Part shown: piece by piece, positions 36,624 to 40,135 of the stretch
Numbering within the stretch: the stretch's first letter is position 1
Layout: the number at the start of each line of letters is the position of its first letter
Source of the DNA: Chthoniobacteraceae bacterium
GTDB taxonomy: Bacteria > Verrucomicrobiota > Verrucomicrobiia > Chthoniobacterales > Chthoniobacteraceae
Direction: 5' to 3'
NCBI GenBank assembly: GCA_031409655.1
Contig: JANNXQ010000069.1
Location: 1-40,135, forward strand
DNA: 40,135 nucleotides
The notes under the pieces: generated by a model
Databases searched by the model: none
What the model was told of the DNA's origin: nothing
What the model saw: only the letters and a program-made list of their open reading frames with translations
Translations under genes and position numbers: made by a program

Positions 36624-36783
36624 CGGCGTGAAGCAACGTGTACCGGTCGTCGATGGCTGGCAACTGGTGGATTGCAGGAGCGGCGATGCCACTCGAATCG
36701 CGTCGGCAATGTTTAACAAACGAAGCAAATTTGTAACTGAAACGCCATCGAACCGCCGCCGCGCTCGCCCACAAGTGGAAGCC

Positions 36784-38436
36784 ATGAAGTGCTCCAATCA
36801 AACTCTCCGTCGCACGGTGCTCGCCAGTCTCATCGCCGCACCCGCTCTGCTTCACGCGCAGGATACGCATCCCGGCGCCTACACCTCCGCCGACCGCGAC
36901 ATCTTTGTGCCGCACACTGGCACTTGGAATACGACGGGCATCTCGCTTGGCGGCACGCAGTTCATCAACCTCGGGTTGCAAGGCGTGGGCCGCGTCCCGG
37001 CGAGTGCGCTTGATGCCGCCACCGGCGAATCGCTCGGCTCGATCTCCGACATGCAGATCACCGGTTTCACGAACAACGGCAACGGCACCTTCAGCGGCAC
37101 CTTCAATTTCCTGCCGGATCGCGGCTATAATTCCGGCACGATCTTCTCGAACTACGCGGCGCGGATCAACACGTTCGACTTCACCTTCACGCCCTACACG
37201 TCCTCCGCGACCACCACGGCACAAAATCAGATCGCGCTCACGTTCACTGGCTCGACGCGCTTCACCTATGACCACGACAACAACTCGCTGACCGCGCCCG
37301 TCTACACCACGGGAATGCTTGCGACAGGCAATGGCAACCTCTTTGGAACGACGGTGCCGGTGACGAGCGGCGCGACGACACAGAGCGATGGCACGGTCAC
37401 CAATCGTCTCACGCTCGATGCCGAAGCGCTGGCCTTCGACAATCGTCCCGGCAAGGCCGGCTCGGGCTGGGTCGGCGACGAATACGGCGGCTTCATCTAC
37501 CATTTCAACAGCGCGAAACAGATCGATGGCCAGCTCCAGCTTCCGGCGGCGATCATCCCACACTCGCCAGTCGGCACGACGAATTTTAATGGCACGCCGG
37601 TCAATGGTCGCCGCGACAATCAGGGCATGGAGGGTGTCGCGGTTTTTGGCAACAAGCTCTTCGGTCTGGCGCAGAGCGCGACCATTCAGGATTCCGGAAC
37701 GGGCAATCAAGGCCGCTCAAATACGCGGCTGATGGTGTACGACATTTCCACCACCGACACGCCGAGCGATCCGGTGGCGCAATACGTCATTCAGCTTCCG
37801 CGCATCGATGACAATGGCGGCACGCCTGCCGTGAATCGCACCGGCGCGCAGAGTTCGATCATCGCGCTGAACGATCACCAGCTCCTAATTCTCTCGCGCG
37901 ATGGCAATGGCCGCGGCGCCACGGGCTCGCCCGTTTTCAAATCGGTCCTCCTCGCCGATCTCTCGAACGCCACGAACATCGACGGCACCTTCGATGCGGA
38001 AGGAAACGCCGTCGCGCCCGGCGGTGTGCTAAACGCGAGCGTCACGCCGATCGCGTGGACCGAAGCGCTGAACATGCTCGGCAAGCTCGACCTGAGCGTC
38101 ACCGAGCTCGAACAATTTGGCCTGAATCTCAACACCGCGCCTGGCGACATCAATTCGATCTCCGAGAAGTGGGAAGGTCTCGGCCTCGTGTCCGCAAATG
38201 ATCCGAGCGCGCCGAACGACTTTTTCCTTTTCGTCGGCAACGACAACGATTTCCTCACGCAGACCGGCAAATACATGGACGCCAGCGGCAATCTCCAGAA
38301 CTACAACTCGGGTTTGGAAAACGACACCGTAGTCCTTGCTTATCGCGTGCAAGTCGTCCCTGAGCCTTCGAGTGCGCTGCTGCTTGCCGCCGGAGCGGCT
38401 GGCCTCGCGGGCTTCCGTCGGCGGCCGCGCTCGTAA
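36784..38436 (+). CDS. PEP-CTERM protein of the esterase-like phytase family
   Basis: Signal peptide, LPDRGYN, LDAEAL, WVGDEYG, RRDNQGMEG, EKWEGL, VGNDNDF, and C-terminal VPEPSSALLLAAGAAGLAGFRRR. Start placed at MKCSNQ. Confidence 0.85.
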   Translation: MKCSNQTLRRTVLASLIAAPALLHAQDTHPGAYTSADRDIFVPHTGTWNTTGISLGGTQFINLGLQGVGRVPASALDAATGESLGSISDMQITGFTNNGNGTFSGTFNFLPDRGYNSGTIFSNYAARINTFDFTFTPYTSSATTTAQNQIALTFTGSTRFTYDHDNNSLTAPVYTTGMLATGNGNLFGTTVPVTSGATTQSDGTVTNRLTLDAEALAFDNRPGKAGSGWVGDEYGGFIYHFNSAKQIDGQLQLPAAIIPHSPVGTTNFNGTPVNGRRDNQGMEGVAVFGNKLFGLAQSATIQDSGTGNQGRSNTRLMVYDISTTDTPSDPVAQYVIQLPRIDDNGGTPAVNRTGAQSSIIALNDHQLLILSRDGNGRGATGSPVFKSVLLADLSNATNIDGTFDAEGNAVAPGGVLNASVTPIAWTEALNMLGKLDLSVTELEQFGLNLNTAPGDINSISEKWEGLGLVSANDPSAPNDFFLFVGNDNDFLTQTGKYMDASGNLQNYNSGLENDTVVLAYRVQVVPEPSSALLLAAGAAGLAGFRRRPRS

Positions 38437-38463
38437 AGATTTCCGTTGGGTGGCATCATATAC

Positions 38464-38501
38464 CGCCGCGGAGGAGCGATCCTCCGCGGCGTTTTGTTTT
38501 C
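38464..38501 (+). terminator. Intrinsic terminator
   Basis: 12-bp stem CGCCGCGGAGGA / TCCTCCGCGGCG with GCGA loop, then TTTTGTTTT. Confidence 0.85.
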
Positions 38502-38595
38502 ATCGGATAACGGAGTTGCGGCAAAAACTTTCTGCGTTCCGTTCGCAACGTCGTCGCGCTTGTCTGGTCCAAGCGTTTTCAAAAAATCCCGCGCC

Positions 38596-39279
38596 ATGAT
38601 CTTCCACCGAGTCTCCGCACTCCTCCTCTGCAGCCTCTCGCTCGTCTTGCCGATCTCCGCATCCGCAAAAACACCGACGCGCACCGAAGTGATGGAAACC
38701 GCCGCGGCCTTCGCGAATCATCGCTGGACGCCAGCGAAGGCGAACATCCTGCACGGTCCCGACGCCGCTGGCATCGTGGTTCACACGCCGGACCGCAGCA
38801 CTGGGAACTCGGAACTTTGGCAACCCGGCAAACCCTACGTCGGGGTGGCGTACAAGTGGGGCGGCTTCGATACGCTCGCGAGCTTTGAGAAAGGTGTACG
38901 CGCGGGGAAAGCTGCAGGCGATCTCTACAGCGCCGAGAAACGGCGCAAGGGCGGCGCGGCCGTGAGCAGCGCGGCCGTCGGACTGGATTGCTCCGGCTTT
39001 ATCTCGCGCTGCTGGGGCCTCGGCGAAAAGCAATCCACCAGCTCCCTTCCCGCGCTTTGCAAACGCCTCGGTTCGCACACCGACCTGCGCCCCGGCGACG
39101 TGCTCAATCAACCCGGCGGCCATGTCGTCCTCTTCGTCCGCTGGAGCGACAGCACGCGCACGCGCTTCCTCTGCTACGAAGCCGAACCCTTCAGCCGCGT
39201 GCGCATGAGCGAACGCAACGCCGTCGAAATGCTCGCCGCCGGCTACTCACCGCTGCGCTATCGGCAGATGCGCGAGTAG
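38596..39279 (+). CDS. Secreted NlpC/P60-like cysteine peptidase
   Basis: Signal peptide, GVAYKWGG, GLDCSGFIS, LRPGDVL...GHVVLF. Start placed at MIFHRV. Confidence 0.8.
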   Translation: MIFHRVSALLLCSLSLVLPISASAKTPTRTEVMETAAAFANHRWTPAKANILHGPDAAGIVVHTPDRSTGNSELWQPGKPYVGVAYKWGGFDTLASFEKGVRAGKAAGDLYSAEKRRKGGAAVSSAAVGLDCSGFISRCWGLGEKQSTSSLPALCKRLGSHTDLRPGDVLNQPGGHVVLFVRWSDSTRTRFLCYEAEPFSRVRMSERNAVEMLAAGYSPLRYRQMRE

Positions 39280-39359
39280 CGCCCGCGACCAACGCGGCGA
39301 CCCGCGGACCTTTACCTTTCTCGTCCGCGCGTTAAGTTCGGCGCTCTTTTTTACCCGCC

Positions 39360-40135
39360 ATGCAGACCGCCGCCCAAATCCGCCAGCAGTTCCTCGATTT
39401 CTTCCGCGAGAAGCAGCACACCATTGTGCCTTCGTCGTCGCTGATGCCGGACAGCCCGAACCTGCTCTTCACCAATGCCGGCATGAACCAGTTCGTGCCC
39501 ATCTTCCTCGGGGAGAAAAAGGCGGACGTAAGCAAGTGGGGCGGCGCTATCCCCGGCAGCGACACGCGCGCGGCGGACACGCAGAAGTGCATCCGCGCCG
39601 GCGGCAAGCACAACGACCTCGATGACGTCGGGCTCGATACTTATCACCACACGTTCTTCGAGATGCTCGGGAACTGGAGCTTCGGCGATTACTTCAAGGC
39701 GGAAGCCATCGCGTGGTCGTGGGAGCTCATCGTCGAGCGGTTCAAATTCCCGCCGAACCGCGTTTACGCCACGATCTACCAGCCCGACCCGGGCGACCCG
39801 AGCGAACGCGATCAGGAGGCCTACGACCTGTGGGCGGAGAAGTTCCGCAGCGTCGGGCTCGATCCCGCGGTGCACATCGTCAACGGCAACAAAAAGGACA
39901 ACTTCTGGATGATGGGCGAGACCGGCCCGTGCGGTCCGTGCAGCGAGATTCACATCGACCTCACGCCCGCCGGCGACACCCGCGGCGCGCTGGTCAACAA
40001 AGGCACCGCCGAGTGCATCGAGATCTGGAACAACGTCTTCATCCAGTTCAACGCCAACCCCGACGGCAGCTTCACGCCACTCCCCGCGCAGCACGTCGAT
40101 ACCGGCATGGGCTTCGAGCGCCTCACCTCGATCAT
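39360..40135 (+). CDS. alaS: Alanine--tRNA ligase, 5' part (runs off the right edge)
   Basis: Translated by hand: [15 protein letters not shown]...[70 protein letters not shown]. Confidence 0.97.
   Translation, partial: MQTAAQIRQQFLDFFREKQHTIVPSSSLMPDSPNLLFTNAGMNQFVPIFLGEKKADVSKWGGAIPGSDTRAADTQKCIRAGGKHNDLDDVGLDTYHHTFFEMLGNWSFGDYFKAEAIAWSWELIVERFKFPPNRVYATIYQPDPGDPSERDQEAYDLWAEKFRSVGLDPAVHIVNGNKKDNFWMMGETGPCGPCSEIHIDLTPAGDTRGALVNKGTAECIEIWNNVFIQFNANPDGSFTPLPAQHVDTGMGFERLTSI

Noticed and set aside
39333..39346. AAGTTCGGCGCT shared with the cassette boundary at 22233
   Set aside because: A 12-nt match with no accompanying inverse core or palindrome. More likely the alaS -10 region (TAAGTT) or chance.

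Overview
GC-rich bacterial chromosomal segment, most likely Verrucomicrobiota (Chthoniobacterales-like). That assignment is inferred from PEP-CTERM proteins, large secreted multidomain proteins and repeat style, and was not checked by search. Most of the window is housekeeping: pdhA/pdhB, rplM-rpsI, spmAB fusion, moeB/MoeZ, galE, tlyA-nadK, tal, nupC, lhgO, nagZ, cysK and the 5' part of alaS. These are interleaved with exported proteins: a sulfatase-YHYH fusion, a PEP-CTERM trypsin-like protease, a glucose/sorbosone dehydrogenase-like protein, a DUF1800/DUF1501 pair, a PEP-CTERM phytase-like protein, and 3D and NlpC/P60 enzymes. The most unusual part is 21.36-22.77 kb. It holds a REP doublet, two degenerate ~21-bp periodic arrays, a C-run tract and a solitary integron-like gene cassette (DUF4288) with no integrase, and it sits where the + strand switches sharply from C-rich to G-rich. 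Other oddities are a His-to-Gln Doc-type toxin-antitoxin pair inserted antisense between DUF1800 and DUF1501, a shared 'DL..W...F.R' module in three secreted proteins, an unannotated lysozyme-like candidate, and a drop in GC inside pdhB at the left edge (possible chimeric assembly). No rRNA, tRNA, CRISPR array or transposase was seen.
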